The translations under genes and the position numbers were made by a program. The notes under the pieces are model-generated. The model saw only the letters and a list, made by a program, of their open reading frames with translations, was not told the DNA's origin and ran no database searches. From the NCBI GenBank assembly GCA_965207065.1, contig OZ242260.1, positions 4,288,001 through 4,352,000 on the forward strand: a DNA stretch of 64,000 nt, in the 5' to 3' direction. Below, piece after piece: positions 17,805-28,859 of this stretch. This DNA comes from a bacterium. GTDB taxonomy: Bacteria > UBA8248. The first letter of the stretch is position 1. Each line of letters begins with the position of its first letter.

Positions 17805-18764
17805 CTAATGCGTTTGTTCTTCGACCAGACGGCCATCCAGGAATATACGCGCTCTGGCTTCGCCCTTCACCCGCACCAGAAGATGAATTTCCTCGCCCGC
17901 GCTCACTTCGCGGGAGAGCTCCTCGCGCGTCTGGCCGTTCGATTCGAGTTCCACGCGAAGCGCGCGCCTGGGTTTGCCGTGCGGCACGCGGTAGCGCAAG
18001 ACGATGAAATTCCCCGCCATCTGGTCCGCTCCGCGCGCCACGTCCACATGCACCCGGTGGCCCGCCAGAACGCGCCGCCCGCGCGGCGGTATCTGCGAAA
18101 CGATGGAGCCCCTGAGGGAGCCGGGGCGGTCCACGTAGCGAACACGCCCAACAGCGAGACCAAGCGTGCGAACCTTGTCGAGGGCGTTGTTGACGGGCTC
18201 CCCGATCAGGGAGGGCATGACGTAGGCGCGCTCACGGGGACCCTGGCTGACGACGAGCACCACGCCTTCGCCGCGCCTGATGCTTTCACCCTCACCCGGC
18301 CAGATGCCCAGAATTTGGTCGATGGGCCGTTCGGGATCATACAACCGCTCCACCAGCCGGACGCGAAGACCATCCTGGCGGATGAGACTCTCCGCGCGGT
18401 TCAGGTTCTTGCCCACCACCGCAGGCACCGCCACGTCGCGCGGGCCCTTGCTGAGAACGAGCGATACGGTTCTTCCCTTGCGTATGCGGCGTCCGCCGGG
18501 AGGATTCTGGCGTACGACGTGGTTCATGGACACCGCATCGCTGAACACGCGCCCGGTGACCTGCATGGGTATTCCCTTCTCCCCCAGCAGTTCCAGCGCG
18601 CGAATCACGTCGAGACCCGCAACCCGGGGCAGGAAGACGCCCTCCCCTCCCCGGAAGAGGTAGAGGCCCGCAGCGCCCCCGGCGCCGCCCAGCGCGACCA
18701 GGAGCGCAATCCAGAAAACGCCCTTCAGTATCCCTTTCAGCAATTTCCGCCCTCTTTGCGCCAA
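17805..18764 (-). CDS. PASTA domain-containing membrane protein
   Basis: N-terminal TM helix; three PASTA-like repeats (VPAVVGK...QNPPGG...LVLSKG). Confidence 0.88.
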   Translation of the reverse strand: MAQRGRKLLKGILKGVFWIALLVALGGAGGAAGLYLFRGGEGVFLPRVAGLDVIRALELLGEKGIPMQVTGRVFSDAVSMNHVVRQNPPGGRRIRKGRTVSLVLSKGPRDVAVPAVVGKNLNRAESLIRQDGLRVRLVERLYDPERPIDQILGIWPGEGESIRRGEGVVLVVSQGPRERAYVMPSLIGEPVNNALDKVRTLGLAVGRVRYVDRPGSLRGSIVSQIPPRGRRVLAGHRVHVDVARGADQMAGNFIVLRYRVPHGKPRRALRVELESNGQTREELSREVSAGEEIHLLVRVKGEARARIFLDGRLVEEQTH

Positions 18765-20107
18765 CTCATGGCGAAAAAGCCGTCCAGCCCATCTCCCGGC
18801 GTTATACGAAGCGCCCCGTCCGGCTCAAGATACCTTTTCGCGCCTTCGGGAAGGGCGCCTCCACCGCGTATGGGGACGAAGCCGGGCTCTCGAAATGAAG
18901 CCGCCACCTCCCCTGTTTCCTCGGGCTCGTTCGTACAAACCGAATACACCAGTCTGCCGCCCCGGCGCACCGCGCGAGCCGCGCCTTGTAGAATCGCCGT
19001 CTGCCGACGCGCCTGCACGCCCAAGTCTTCCTCTCTCAATCGCCACCTCGCATCGGGATGCCGCCTGAAAACCCCCAGTCCGCTGCACGGCGCGTCCACG
19101 AGAACGAGGTCGAATTTTTCATGAAAGGGCGGCCTCATCGCATCCATTCTTAACAGCCGCGCATCCGCCCGAATCCTAACACAATTACGCTCGAGAAGAG
19201 CGAGCCGGCGAGGCGACCTCTCCCCCGCAACGACGTTGCCGCCCTCTCCCGCCGCCCAGGCGAGACAAGCCGTTTTCCCGCCGGGGGCCGCGCAGGCATC
19301 GAGAACTCTCTCACCGGGGGCTGCGCCTGCGAAACGCGAAACCAGGCTCGAACTCTCATCCATGACGATGAACCTGCCCTCGCGCCAGGCCGCCGTATCG
19401 CTGAAGCGCGCACCCGGCGCGCTCTCATCCGGCAGAAATACCAGACAATCCGGGTCTACGCATCCGGAACGCGTGGAAACTCCTTCGCTTTTTAATTCGG
19501 CCATCAGACTCCGGGCGTTCGACGCCCGGGGATTCACGCGAAAGACGACCGGAGCCTCCTCGTTGTTCGCACGGCATCTTCTCAGCGCCTCCTCTTCCCC
19601 AAGGTCACTTATCCAGCGTCTCACCAGCCATCTCGGATGGGATTCCCATATGGTGAGATAATCTTCGCGGCCTTCGGGCGGAGATACTACGACCCCGGCC
19701 ACCTTGCGCAACACCGCGTTCACCAGTCCCCTCGCCCAGCCCAGATTCGGGCGATCCAGCAAGGAAACCGCGCCGTCCACCGCGCTGTGCGCGGGCACGC
19801 GATCCATGAACAGCAGCTGATACGTCCCCAAACGCAACGCTTCGCGCACGGGAGGGGCCACGTTCGGCTTGTTCAGAAAGCGGCCGAAAACGAAATCCAG
19901 GCGACTCCGCCACCGCAGGACGCCATAGACCAACTCGCGCAGAAACGCGCGGTCGCGCGCGTCGAAATCCTTTGAGGAGAAGCGCTCGACCAGCAGGTCC
20001 GCCGCGAGGGGGGTTTTCCCGAAAGAAAGAAGAGCGGCGTGCGCCGCCCGGCGGACGAGGTCGGCGGAGCGCGCGCTTTTCCCGCCCACCGCGAGGTTCC
20101 GGCTCAC
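18737..20107 (-). CDS. rsmB: 16S rRNA m5C967 methyltransferase
   Basis: NusB-like N-terminus, LDACAAPGGKT, DAPCSGLG, YSVC. Confidence 0.95.
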   Translation of the reverse strand: MSRNLAVGGKSARSADLVRRAAHAALLSFGKTPLAADLLVERFSSKDFDARDRAFLRELVYGVLRWRSRLDFVFGRFLNKPNVAPPVREALRLGTYQLLFMDRVPAHSAVDGAVSLLDRPNLGWARGLVNAVLRKVAGVVVSPPEGREDYLTIWESHPRWLVRRWISDLGEEEALRRCRANNEEAPVVFRVNPRASNARSLMAELKSEGVSTRSGCVDPDCLVFLPDESAPGARFSDTAAWREGRFIVMDESSSLVSRFAGAAPGERVLDACAAPGGKTACLAWAAGEGGNVVAGERSPRRLALLERNCVRIRADARLLRMDAMRPPFHEKFDLVLVDAPCSGLGVFRRHPDARWRLREEDLGVQARRQTAILQGAARAVRRGGRLVYSVCTNEPEETGEVAASFREPGFVPIRGGGALPEGAKRYLEPDGALRITPGDGLDGFFAMSWRKEGGNC

Positions 20108-21051
20108 GCGCCCTCTCCGAGCATGAGGCCGGGCTTGCAGGGATATCCCCTCGCGAATGCGCCCGCGTCCATCTTCTTCCTGCCCGGCGGCTGAATTTCG
20201 AGAATCACCAAATTCCCCTCTCCCGTAGCCACGCGGATTCCCTCGCCCTCGGGCGATTCGGCCAGCCCCATGACCTCACCGGCGGCTCCGCCCGACCCTT
20301 CCGGAACCGGCCAGGCCCGCCATATCCGCACCGGGCCGCTCGGTATGTCCGGCCATGCAGTAACCGCCACAGGCCAGGGGTTGAGCCCCCGGATCTGCCT
20401 GTCGAGGCGGCTCGCGGGCAAGCGCCAGTCGAGTTTCGCTTCTTCTTTCTGGAGTTTTTCCGCATAGGTAACTTTGGCTTCATCCTGCGGCTCCTCTGCG
20501 ACCTCGCCGTTTTCGAGTGCGAGCAGCGTCGCCACCATCTGCCCGGCGCCCAAGGCGGCCAGCTTGTCGTGCAGCGCACCGGAGGTATCCCTCGCCTCGA
20601 TGGGCAGCGAGCGGCGCGCGAGCACGGCGCCGGCGTCGAGTTCGGGCGCGACCCGCATCACACAGACCCCGGTTTCGGCATCACCTTCCAGAAGAGCGCG
20701 CTGAATGGGCGCGGCTCCCCGCCAGCGCGGAAGAAGCGAAGGGTGTAAGTTCAACAGCCCCAGCCTGGGAACGCCGAGCAGTTTCCTGCTCAGAATCTGC
20801 CCGTAGGCCGCCACGACGCCCACATCGGGCCGGAATTCCGCTATGTCGGTCGAGCGGATTCGCTCGGGCTGCAGGACGGGCAGCCCCGCCTCGAGCGCAC
20901 ACGCCTTGACGGGCGGCGGCGTGAGCCTGCGGCCCCTGCCCGCGGGCCTGTCCGGCTGGGTGAAGACGGCCGCCACCTCGACCGACGAATCTACCAACGC
21001 CTGAAGCGTAGGCACGGCGAATTCGGATGTGCCGAAAAAGACCGTCCGCAT
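20104..21051 (-). CDS. fmt: Methionyl-tRNA formyltransferase
   Basis: FFGTSEFA, TQPDRPAGRG, NLHPSLLPRWRGAAPIQ, LDAG. Confidence 0.97.
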   Translation of the reverse strand: MRTVFFGTSEFAVPTLQALVDSSVEVAAVFTQPDRPAGRGRRLTPPPVKACALEAGLPVLQPERIRSTDIAEFRPDVGVVAAYGQILSRKLLGVPRLGLLNLHPSLLPRWRGAAPIQRALLEGDAETGVCVMRVAPELDAGAVLARRSLPIEARDTSGALHDKLAALGAGQMVATLLALENGEVAEEPQDEAKVTYAEKLQKEEAKLDWRLPASRLDRQIRGLNPWPVAVTAWPDIPSGPVRIWRAWPVPEGSGGAAGEVMGLAESPEGEGIRVATGEGNLVILEIQPPGRKKMDAGAFARGYPCKPGLMLGEGA

Positions 21052-21137
21052 GGATTCCTCCCGGGAAAAGCCGCGGCATCCGCCGAACCACGCGCGGATA
21101 AATTTTCGGAAATATAGCACGAGCGAAGCGGGGTTTT

Positions 21138-21647
21138 CTAAGAGGCGGCCCTGGCCTGTTTCTTGAGGCGGCGCTTCACAAGGTCGCGCTTCGTCTTGTT
21201 GAGGCGATCCAGGATGAGTTTTCCGTCCAGATGATCGATTTCATGCTGCAAGACGAAGGCGAGCACCTCGCGCGCGTCGAGAATTACTTCCTCACCCTCC
21301 AGGTTCAGCGCACGCACGCGCACCGTCTCGCGGCGGCGGATGTTCTCGGTGACCCCCGGAAGCGAGAGGCAGCCCTCCTCCACGATTCGCTCGCCTTCGG
21401 CGCTTTCGATTTCCGGATTGACGAGAAAATGGACCTGTTTGGGGTCTTTCCCGACCGAGACGTCCACCACGATGAGGCGGATGTTCTCGCCCACCTGGGG
21501 GGCGGCGAGGCCGACGCCGGGCGCATCGTGCATGGTGTCGAGCATCGCGCGCGCGAGTTCCCGGGTCCGCTCCGTGACGCGCTCGACGGGCAGGCATTTC
21601 CGGCGCAGGGCCGGGGCCGGATACGTGAGAATTTCCAGAACGGCCAT
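21138..21647 (-). CDS. def: Peptide deformylase
   Basis: GVGLAAPQ, EGCLS, QHEIDHLDG. Confidence 0.97.
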   Translation of the reverse strand: MAVLEILTYPAPALRRKCLPVERVTERTRELARAMLDTMHDAPGVGLAAPQVGENIRLIVVDVSVGKDPKQVHFLVNPEIESAEGERIVEEGCLSLPGVTENIRRRETVRVRALNLEGEEVILDAREVLAFVLQHEIDHLDGKLILDRLNKTKRDLVKRRLKKQARAAS

Positions 21648-22339
21648 GAGAGATTCCCCGGTGAAATGGAGGCGCAATCGGCTCACCCGCCGAGCGGGTT
21701 TTCCATCATGTAACCCATCCGAAGCGGGGAATCAAATTCGCGGGTCCATCTCGAACAGGGAGAGAGACCCCCTGGTTGAACGGGAAGGGATTCCCCCTGG
21801 CGGTGGAAGAGCATAACGAGAGAAAAATGAGGGATTACGCATACGCGGAAGCCCCAAAAAGCCGTGGGGATTTGTTACCGGGCGCGCGGCCTCCCACTTC
21901 TAAAGGCTCACTCTTTCTTCCCTTTCCGGAGCGGCGCGCATTTTCGCGCATTTGCCGTCATCGCGTTTTCCCCGATATGCGGCAGAATCCCCCTGCGAGG
22001 AGGGCGATCTCGTGCGTTCAAACCGTGGGGTGAAAAGACTATGTGGACAGAGGCGTCGAAACGATGGAACATCCCGGGCGCGTTCCGGTCTCGGGGTGTT
22101 GAGAATCAGGAATGCGCTGCCCCGAACCGAAAACGCCGCGCCATACCCAATACCGCCGCAGGCGCCTGCGCCATCATCATCCCACGAGCGAACGATTACG
22201 AACGTCTTGGGTGCGGAGCGAAAATGCCCGCCTCTAATTTCCGAAAAATTCGATAAATTCAGATAAATTCACGAAGTTTTCCGGTAAATAACTGAAAATT
22301 TATCTTGTTGTATTATCTATGGTTACGGCGTTACCGCCC

Positions 22340-23434
22340 CTATTTCGGCGTCGCCGCCTGGGGCGCTTCTTTTTCCTTCGCAACCGCTTTCGGCGCACCG
22401 ATTCCGACGGCGGCACGCACCTGACCGTCGATTTCCGCAAAAATATCCGCGTTCTCGCTCAAGAATCGCTTCACGTTCTCACGCCCCTGGCCGATGCGCT
22501 CCTCGCCGTATGAGTACCACGCCCCCGTCTTGGCGACGATGCCTTGTTCGACGGCCAGATCGAGCACGTCGCCTTCTCGCGAAACGCCGCGACCGAACAT
22601 GATGTCGAACTCAGCCGTACGGAACGGCGCTGCGAGCTTGTTCTTCACCACGCGCACCCGCGTCCTGTTCCCCACGTTATTCTCGCCCTCCTTGATCGCG
22701 GCGATGCGCCGGATGTCCAGGCGCACGGAGGAGTAGAATTTGAGCGCGTTCCCGCCCGAAGTGGTTTCCGGGTTGCCGAACATCACGCCGATCTTCATGC
22801 GGATCTGATTGATGAAGATGAAGCACGTGTTGCTGCGGTGCACCACACCCGTGAGCTTGCGGAGCGCCTGGCTCATGAGCCGCGCCTGGAGGCCGACGTG
22901 GTGATCCCCCATGTCGCCTTCGAGTTCCGCCTTGGGCACCAGGGCGGCCACGGAGTCAATGACGACCACGTCGAGCGAGCCGCTGCTCGTCAGAATCTCG
23001 GCTATCTCCAGAGCCTGCTCGCCCGTATCGGGCTGGGAGACGATGAGGTTGTCCGTCTGCACCCCGAGCGCCTTGGCGTAGGTCGGGTCCAGAGCGTGCT
23101 CCGCATCCACGAAGGCAGCCATGCCGCCACCCCGCTGCACCTCCGCGATGATTTGCAGCGCAATGGTCGTCTTGCCCGAGGATTCGGGGCCGAATATCTC
23201 CACGATGCGTCCGCGCGGCACACCGCCGCAGCCCAGGGCGGCGTCGAGCGATACCGAACCCGTAGAAATGGCCGGAATCGCCTCCATGCCGGGCCCTTCG
23301 CCCAGGCGCATGATGGAGCCTTTACCGAATTGGCGGTTGATCTGATTGAAAGCCATGTCCAGCGCCTTCTCGCGGCGCTCATGCCCTTTCGGGTTCTCGG
23401 ATTTCTCGGAGGGGGACCCGTTCTTGAGGTTCAT
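22340..23434 (-). CDS. recA: Recombinase A
   Basis: [40 protein letters not shown]. Confidence 0.99.
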   Translation of the reverse strand: MNLKNGSPSEKSENPKGHERREKALDMAFNQINRQFGKGSIMRLGEGPGMEAIPAISTGSVSLDAALGCGGVPRGRIVEIFGPESSGKTTIALQIIAEVQRGGGMAAFVDAEHALDPTYAKALGVQTDNLIVSQPDTGEQALEIAEILTSSGSLDVVVIDSVAALVPKAELEGDMGDHHVGLQARLMSQALRKLTGVVHRSNTCFIFINQIRMKIGVMFGNPETTSGGNALKFYSSVRLDIRRIAAIKEGENNVGNRTRVRVVKNKLAAPFRTAEFDIMFGRGVSREGDVLDLAVEQGIVAKTGAWYSYGEERIGQGRENVKRFLSENADIFAEIDGQVRAAVGIGAPKAVAKEKEAPQAATPK

Positions 23435-23877
23435 CGGAAAACTCCCTTGGATGGAGGAATGCGCACCGGTTCGGGCGATGGCGGACATAGAATGAATGTA
23501 GGGGATCGATCCATTTTCTGCAATACAGCAGACACCACTGCTTCCAGACGTGCTTTTGTGGAGAAAACCCCATTCCCTTGTCTATCCATGGTTCCCAACT
23601 ACGGCGGCGGTTTACTTTCGCTAAACATACGTAAAATGGTTCCGCAAATCAAGTATAAAAAGCGAAAATATTGACAAAACAAGCTGTTTCTTCCCATATG
23701 GGTGGGCGATAGTGGGTAGTTTATGAGTGAATGGCGCTTCTTCAGGAGATTTCACACATCGCCGGTGTCACCTCCCCTCCCATGAAAATAGAGGGTTTCC
23801 ACACTAGCTGACGAAATTTCAGAGTCCTGATCTCAGGGTGAATGTCAGACGTAGCGAAGCGGATGTCTGCCCGTCGC

Positions 23878-24453
23878 CTAGTGAAAAGTCACTTTTTCAA
23901 GGGCTGTGTGAATGGCGCCGGAGGGATTGAGTTCGCTTCTGAACAAGACCGCCTCGTGCGCTCGGCAGATGAGAGGAGGCGTCAACCATCGCTGTTCAGC
24001 AATTTCAAGCTCTCCCTCGAGTCCTGCAGGTGGTCGGTCGCGGGACCGGCGACGCGCAATCGTTACATGCGGGTGAAAAATTCCTTGGCCAGGGGGAAAC
24101 CCCCCTTCAGCCAGATAGCGGGAAAGATTCGCTTCCAGTTCCACCAGAGGTTCAGGCGTTTCCGAGGGCCCTGCCCAGAGCACGCCCGGACGCTTGAGTT
24201 GCGGAAAAACGCCAAAGCGATCGATCGAAATTTCGAAAGCAGGCGCGCCTTCGCCCGCAGTGCGCAACGCCTTTGCGGCGGCCTCGGCCTGCGTATCCTC
24301 GATGTCACCCAAAAAGCGCAGGGTGAGGTGAATGTTCCGGGGCCTCATCCAGCGGAAATCATCAAGAGCCGGCAAGGTGGCAAGTGATTCCTGCAGCAAC
24401 TCCAGCTTTTTTTGCTCATCCGCGCTGAATGGAATCGCTACAAACGCGCGCAT
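23878..24453 (-). CDS. thpR: RNA 2',3'-cyclic phosphodiesterase (2H family)
   Basis: MRAFVAI, HLTLRFLG and HVTIAR (two HxT motifs). Confidence 0.93.
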   Translation of the reverse strand: MRAFVAIPFSADEQKKLELLQESLATLPALDDFRWMRPRNIHLTLRFLGDIEDTQAEAAAKALRTAGEGAPAFEISIDRFGVFPQLKRPGVLWAGPSETPEPLVELEANLSRYLAEGGFPPGQGIFHPHVTIARRRSRDRPPAGLEGELEIAEQRWLTPPLICRAHEAVLFRSELNPSGAIHTALEKVTFH

Positions 24454-24546
24454 GGAGAACCTCCTTCCACAGGATCACTCACATCTACAGGGGCACGAGA
24501 ACACCCGCTTTACACAAGTAATGAGCCCTATCGCGCATCGTTTTCT

Positions 24547-25038
24547 TCAGTCCGATGCTTCCAGGGTATCGCGCGCCATCTCGAGCGCGGTTTGCGCCGT
24601 CTTGGCCTTCACCTCCAGACGGGAGCCATCGAACAGATGATGACGACAATTGGTGCCGGAAGGCGTCGCGACGGCCATATACACCGTGCCCACAGGCTTC
24701 TCGGCGCTTCCGCCCGTGGGACCGGCAATCCCCGTGACAGAGAGGCCTACATCGCTCCCCGTAGCCGCGCGCACGCCTTCCGCCATCGCGCGCGCGCAGG
24801 CTTCGCTCACCGCTCCCGGCCCGCCCTCGGTCGCCACGATGTCTTTCGATACGCCCAGAAGCGACATTTTCGCTTCGTTGCTGTAGGTGACAAATCCCTG
24901 CTCGAAATAAGCGGAACTGCCGGAAACATCCGTAATGCGGCTGGCGATAAGGCCGCCGGTGCAGCTCTCCGCAGTGGCGATGCGCCAACTCCTGTCACTT
25001 AGGTACGCCCCAAGCCATTCCTCCACAGATCCCGCCAT
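24547..25038 (-). CDS. pncC: CinA C-terminal domain / NMN deamidase
   Basis: AESCTGG, GSSAYF, TYSNEAK, TGIAGPTGG. Confidence 0.9.
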   Translation of the reverse strand: MAGSVEEWLGAYLSDRSWRIATAESCTGGLIASRITDVSGSSAYFEQGFVTYSNEAKMSLLGVSKDIVATEGGPGAVSEACARAMAEGVRAATGSDVGLSVTGIAGPTGGSAEKPVGTVYMAVATPSGTNCRHHLFDGSRLEVKAKTAQTALEMARDTLEASD

Positions 25039-25058
25039 TTCCCTCCGCTCCCTAAAAA

Positions 25059-25529
25059 TCAGACCACCCCGATGTATGACAAACCATACAAGACTGCCCA
25101 GCCGAAAATTCCCGCGGCGACGTCGTCCGCCACGATGCCCACGCCGCCCGGAAAGTCTTCAAGACGTCGAACCGGCGGCAGCTTGATAATGTCAAAAATA
25201 CGAAAAAGGAAAAAGCCCGCTACCAGAGCGCTCGGGCTCGGCTCGACACCGATGAAGCAAATGAATTGACCCACCCATTCATCCACAACGATCTCCGGGG
25301 GATCTTGCCGGTTCATGCTTGCTTCAAATTTACCGGACCCCCAAACGGCGATGGGTGTCAGGAAGAACAAAAACAAGAGAGGAACATAGGGACTGATCTG
25401 ATAGAGCAGAAAATACGCCAGAACGGCGACGAGAGAAGCGACCGTGCCCGGGGCCACAGGAACCAGCCCGAGGCCGCCCAACGTGGCGACAAGCCGGGGC
25501 AAGGCCTTGCTCTCGTCTTGACGGCTCAT
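25059..25529 (-). CDS. pgpA: Phosphatidylglycerophosphatase A
   Basis: APGT, DPPEIVVDE, FRIFDI, GIVADD. Confidence 0.94.
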   Translation of the reverse strand: MSRQDESKALPRLVATLGGLGLVPVAPGTVASLVAVLAYFLLYQISPYVPLLFLFFLTPIAVWGSGKFEASMNRQDPPEIVVDEWVGQFICFIGVEPSPSALVAGFFLFRIFDIIKLPPVRRLEDFPGGVGIVADDVAAGIFGWAVLYGLSYIGVV

Positions 25530-25534
25530 TGGTT

Positions 25535-26704
25535 TTATTGGCTTGTGACGGTTCCGTTCAGCCGGGAGGAGGCGTACTCCCTCGCCCAGCGGTCCGCCTC
25601 CAGAATCGTCTCCAGATCATTCGCACTCATCTTCTCGTGAGCCTGCAATGCGGCTCCTACCACATCCGGTATATCCATGAATTTCGATGCGCCCGACAGG
25701 AACGAAGCGACGGCAATCTCGTTCGCAGCATTGAGGACGGCGGGGGCCGTCCCACCTTCGCTCATCGCGTCTTTCGCATGAGTGAGGCAGGGAAATCGCT
25801 CAGGATCCGGTGCTTCAAATGTCAGGGAACCAATCTGCCCCAAATCGAGTCTCGGTGCCTCGATGGGCAACCTCTCCGGAGAAAAAATAGCCTGCGCGAT
25901 GGGAATCCGCATGTCGGGCATACTCATTTGCGCCACATAGCTCCCGTCGACGAATTCCACCATGGCGTGCACGATGCTTTGCGGGTGAACCAGCACGTCC
26001 ACCTGTTCTGGCTTCAGACCGAAAAGCCAGCGCGCCTCGATGATTTCAAGACCCTTGTTCATCATGGACGCGGAATCGATCGTAATCTTGGGCCCCATCT
26101 TCCAGTTCGGATGATTCAACGCTTCTTCCAGGCACACTTTCTTCATCGCCTCGACCGAATGGTTCCGAAAAGGTCCGCCCGACGCCGTAAGCACGATACG
26201 CTCCACCTGGGACTTCGGCCTATCCGCCAGCGCCTGCGCCACGCCCGCATGCTCGCTATCGACCGGGAGCAACTCGACTTCTCCAGCCGAAACGCGCGAC
26301 GTCACAAGCTCGCCGGCCATGACAAGCACTTCTTTGTTCGCAAGCGCAATCGAGGCCCCAACGTCAATGGCGGCCAGCGTCGGCGGGAGTCCCGCCGCAC
26401 CCACCAAGGCGGAGACCACAAGGCCCGCTCCCGCGCCAGCAGCTACCTCCCTCAAACCCTCCTCCCCCGAAAGCACCTTGACTTCGGTAGAGAGCGCATC
26501 CTCAACACGCGCCGCGTCCGCATCATCGGCTACGGATACAATTTCAGGTCGAAACCGCCTCGCCTGCTCAACGAGCCGCTCCCAGTTTCTACCCGCAGCA
26601 AGCGCCACCACATCGATTTTCTCGGGAAATTGCGCCACAACATCAAGAGTGTTTTCCCCGATGCTGCCGGTAGAGCCCAATATGGCAACTTTTTGCGGCT
26701 TCAT
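25535..26704 (-). CDS. dxr: 1-deoxy-D-xylulose-5-phosphate reductoisomerase
   Basis: LGSTGSIG, LANKE, PVDSEH, TASGGPF, HPNWKMG; start at MKPQKV. Confidence 0.98.
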   Translation of the reverse strand: MKPQKVAILGSTGSIGENTLDVVAQFPEKIDVVALAAGRNWERLVEQARRFRPEIVSVADDADAARVEDALSTEVKVLSGEEGLREVAAGAGAGLVVSALVGAAGLPPTLAAIDVGASIALANKEVLVMAGELVTSRVSAGEVELLPVDSEHAGVAQALADRPKSQVERIVLTASGGPFRNHSVEAMKKVCLEEALNHPNWKMGPKITIDSASMMNKGLEIIEARWLFGLKPEQVDVLVHPQSIVHAMVEFVDGSYVAQMSMPDMRIPIAQAIFSPERLPIEAPRLDLGQIGSLTFEAPDPERFPCLTHAKDAMSEGGTAPAVLNAANEIAVASFLSGASKFMDIPDVVGAALQAHEKMSANDLETILEADRWAREYASSRLNGTVTSQ

Positions 26705-26732
26705 TGACGGCTCTCTCCCGATGCGCGGTGAC

Positions 26733-27524
26733 TTAATACCGTATCCAGTACAAGTAACAGTAAAACGCAGGACCCGCCATGAGCAAACCATCAATTCTAT
26801 CGAGCAGACCCCCATGACCCGGGATGATGTCGGACGCGTCCTTTTCCCCGGCCGCGCGCTTTAAGATCGATTCACCCAAGTCCCCTATAAGCGCGAACAG
26901 CCCGATACCACCCGAAACAGGAATCGCGAGCCAGGGGTCGACACCGGGCACATCCATATAGTACGTCGTGAGGATGCCCACGAGGACCCCGGCGAGGATT
27001 CCCCCGATCGCGCCTTCCAAGGTTTTACCGGGGCTGATTCTCGGCGCGATTTTTCTTTTCCCCAACGTCTTGCCTGTGAACATAGCCGCGATATCGTTCG
27101 CCCAGACGATGACGAACAAAAAGAAGATGGCCTCCATACCTCCTGGAATGGTCCTGATAAGTGCAATCAAACCACCTGCTCCGCCCACCCAAATCACGCC
27201 CAGAAATGACATGCCCGTCAAGGAAAGGCTTTCTCGAAAGGCCTGGTACGAAAACGCTTTCAGGAAGACACGAAGCAGAATGACCGCCAGGACCAACGGC
27301 GGCAATACGCCACCCACCCACACGGCGAGCACGAATGCACAGGCATCCAGGGCTCCTTCCCATGCTCTCACGCGCCACCCGCAATGGTTGACAAGGGTCT
27401 GGAATTCCCAGCCTGCGCGATAAACGAGCAGAAGCACCACACAGAGAAAAATAGTCGAGGAGGAAAAAAACAAGACGGCGAGAATGGGCGCCGCTAGCAC
27501 CAAGGCGCTTATGAGGCGGGTCAA
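26733..27524 (-). CDS. cdsA: Phosphatidate cytidylyltransferase
   Basis: ISPGKTLEG, GDLGESILKR, IPGHGGLLDRID. Confidence 0.96.
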   Translation of the reverse strand: MTRLISALVLAAPILAVLFFSSSTIFLCVVLLLVYRAGWEFQTLVNHCGWRVRAWEGALDACAFVLAVWVGGVLPPLVLAVILLRVFLKAFSYQAFRESLSLTGMSFLGVIWVGGAGGLIALIRTIPGGMEAIFFLFVIVWANDIAAMFTGKTLGKRKIAPRISPGKTLEGAIGGILAGVLVGILTTYYMDVPGVDPWLAIPVSGGIGLFALIGDLGESILKRAAGEKDASDIIPGHGGLLDRIDGLLMAGPAFYCYLYWIRY

Positions 27525-27527
27525 AAC

Positions 27528-28286
27528 CTAGTTTCTCCGAGTCGTGAACTGCTCCTCGGTGAGACCAAATTTCCGCACCCGGGATTGATAAGCGAGTATG
27601 GCGTCTTCGAGCTCGCGTTCTGCGAATTCCGGCCACTTGATATCTGTAAAATACAATTCAGCATACGCCGCCTGCCAGAGAAGATAGTTGGAAAGCCTCA
27701 GTTCGCCGCTGGTTCGAATCAAAAGGTCGAGTTTGGGCAAATCCGCCGTATACAGATGGCGCTCGATGTCACTCTCATCGATTTCCTCGGGCTGAAGAAT
27801 TCCCTTTTGCACTTCTTTGGAGATGGCCCTCGCCGCGTCTGTAATTTCCCGCCTCGCGCCGTAGCTGAGCGCCAGAGTAAGAACCATCCCGTCCCGGTCT
27901 GCAGTCTGCTCCTTCACACGCTGCACAATTTCCTGCGCAAACAAGGGCAAATCCTCTTCGTGCCCGATCGTGTTGAAACGGATACCCTCCCTGAGCATCC
28001 TTTGAAGCTCGCGTTCGAGGTAATCCGCCAGAATATCCATGAGCGCGTCGACTTCGTCTTTGGGTCTGTTCCAGTTCTCCAGAGAGAAGCTGTACAGAGT
28101 AAGGGCCTTGATGCCGATTCGGCGCGCATGCGCCACCACTTTGTCGACCGACTTCACGCCCTCACGGTGGCCAGCGACCCGAGGAAGAAACCGTTTCTGG
28201 GCCCAACGGCCGTTGCCATCCATGATAATGCCGATATGGTGGGGGAGCCGCTCAAGATCGATGCGTGGGTCGATGCGAGATTCCAT
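27528..28286 (-). CDS. uppS: Undecaprenyl diphosphate synthase
   Basis: IIMDGNGRWA, FSLENWNRP, RTSGELRLSNYLLWQ. Confidence 0.97.
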   Translation of the reverse strand: MESRIDPRIDLERLPHHIGIIMDGNGRWAQKRFLPRVAGHREGVKSVDKVVAHARRIGIKALTLYSFSLENWNRPKDEVDALMDILADYLERELQRMLREGIRFNTIGHEEDLPLFAQEIVQRVKEQTADRDGMVLTLALSYGARREITDAARAISKEVQKGILQPEEIDESDIERHLYTADLPKLDLLIRTSGELRLSNYLLWQAAYAELYFTDIKWPEFAERELEDAILAYQSRVRKFGLTEEQFTTRRN

Positions 28287-28304
28287 ACGCGCTCCGTTGA
28301 AAAA

Positions 28305-28859
28305 CTAGACCTCCAGAATCTCTTTCTCTTTGGCTGAAAGCAAATCATCCAAATCTGAGACGAACTGATCCGTCAGCTTCTGGACATCTCCCTGTCCTTT
28401 CCTGAGGTCATCCTCGGTGATCTCTTTGCTTTTCTCGAGGTTTTTCATTTCATCGTTGCCATCGCGTCGAATGTTGCGAAGCGCGACCTTGTGTTCTTCG
28501 GTCATCTTCTTGAGCAGTTTCACCATCTCGTTGCGGCGTTCCTCTGTGAGCGCCGGCACCGGCACGCGGATGATCTTGCCGTCGTTCGACGGATTCAGGC
28601 CCAACTCCGCCGATTGAATCGCCTTTTCGATTTCGCCCAACGAGTTGATGTCGAAAGGCTGAACGATGATGAGTTGAGGTTCGGGAACGTTCAGGGTGGC
28701 GAGCTGATTCAGCGGCGTGGGTGCTCCATAGTAGTCGACCATCACGCCACTGATAAGATTCGTGGAAGCGCGCCCGGTTCGCACGCGGGCGATTTCGGAC
28801 TTGTATGATTCCACTGTGGCCAGCATTCTTTTCCTTAACGCAGCAAGAACCTCATCCAT
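28305..28859 (-). CDS. frr: Ribosome recycling factor
   Basis: RTGRA, DYYG, LTEERR, RNIRRD. Confidence 0.97.
   Translation of the reverse strand: MDEVLAALRKRMLATVESYKSEIARVRTGRASTNLISGVMVDYYGAPTPLNQLATLNVPEPQLIIVQPFDINSLGEIEKAIQSAELGLNPSNDGKIIRVPVPALTEERRNEMVKLLKKMTEEHKVALRNIRRDGNDEMKNLEKSKEITEDDLRKGQGDVQKLTDQFVSDLDDLLSAKEKEILEV

Noticed and set aside
23435-23700. SOS box upstream of recA
   Set aside because: No match recognised to CTGT-N8-ACAG, GAAC-N4-GTTC or GTTC-N7-GTTC.
23670-23720. TTGACA plus GTGGG-N5-GTGGG (MraZ-box-like) between recA and thpR
   Set aside because: Only two repeats, no clear -10 element and no mraZ/dcw gene follows.
27705-27725. GGTTCGAATC tRNA T-loop-like motif
   Set aside because: It lies inside uppS with no cloverleaf.
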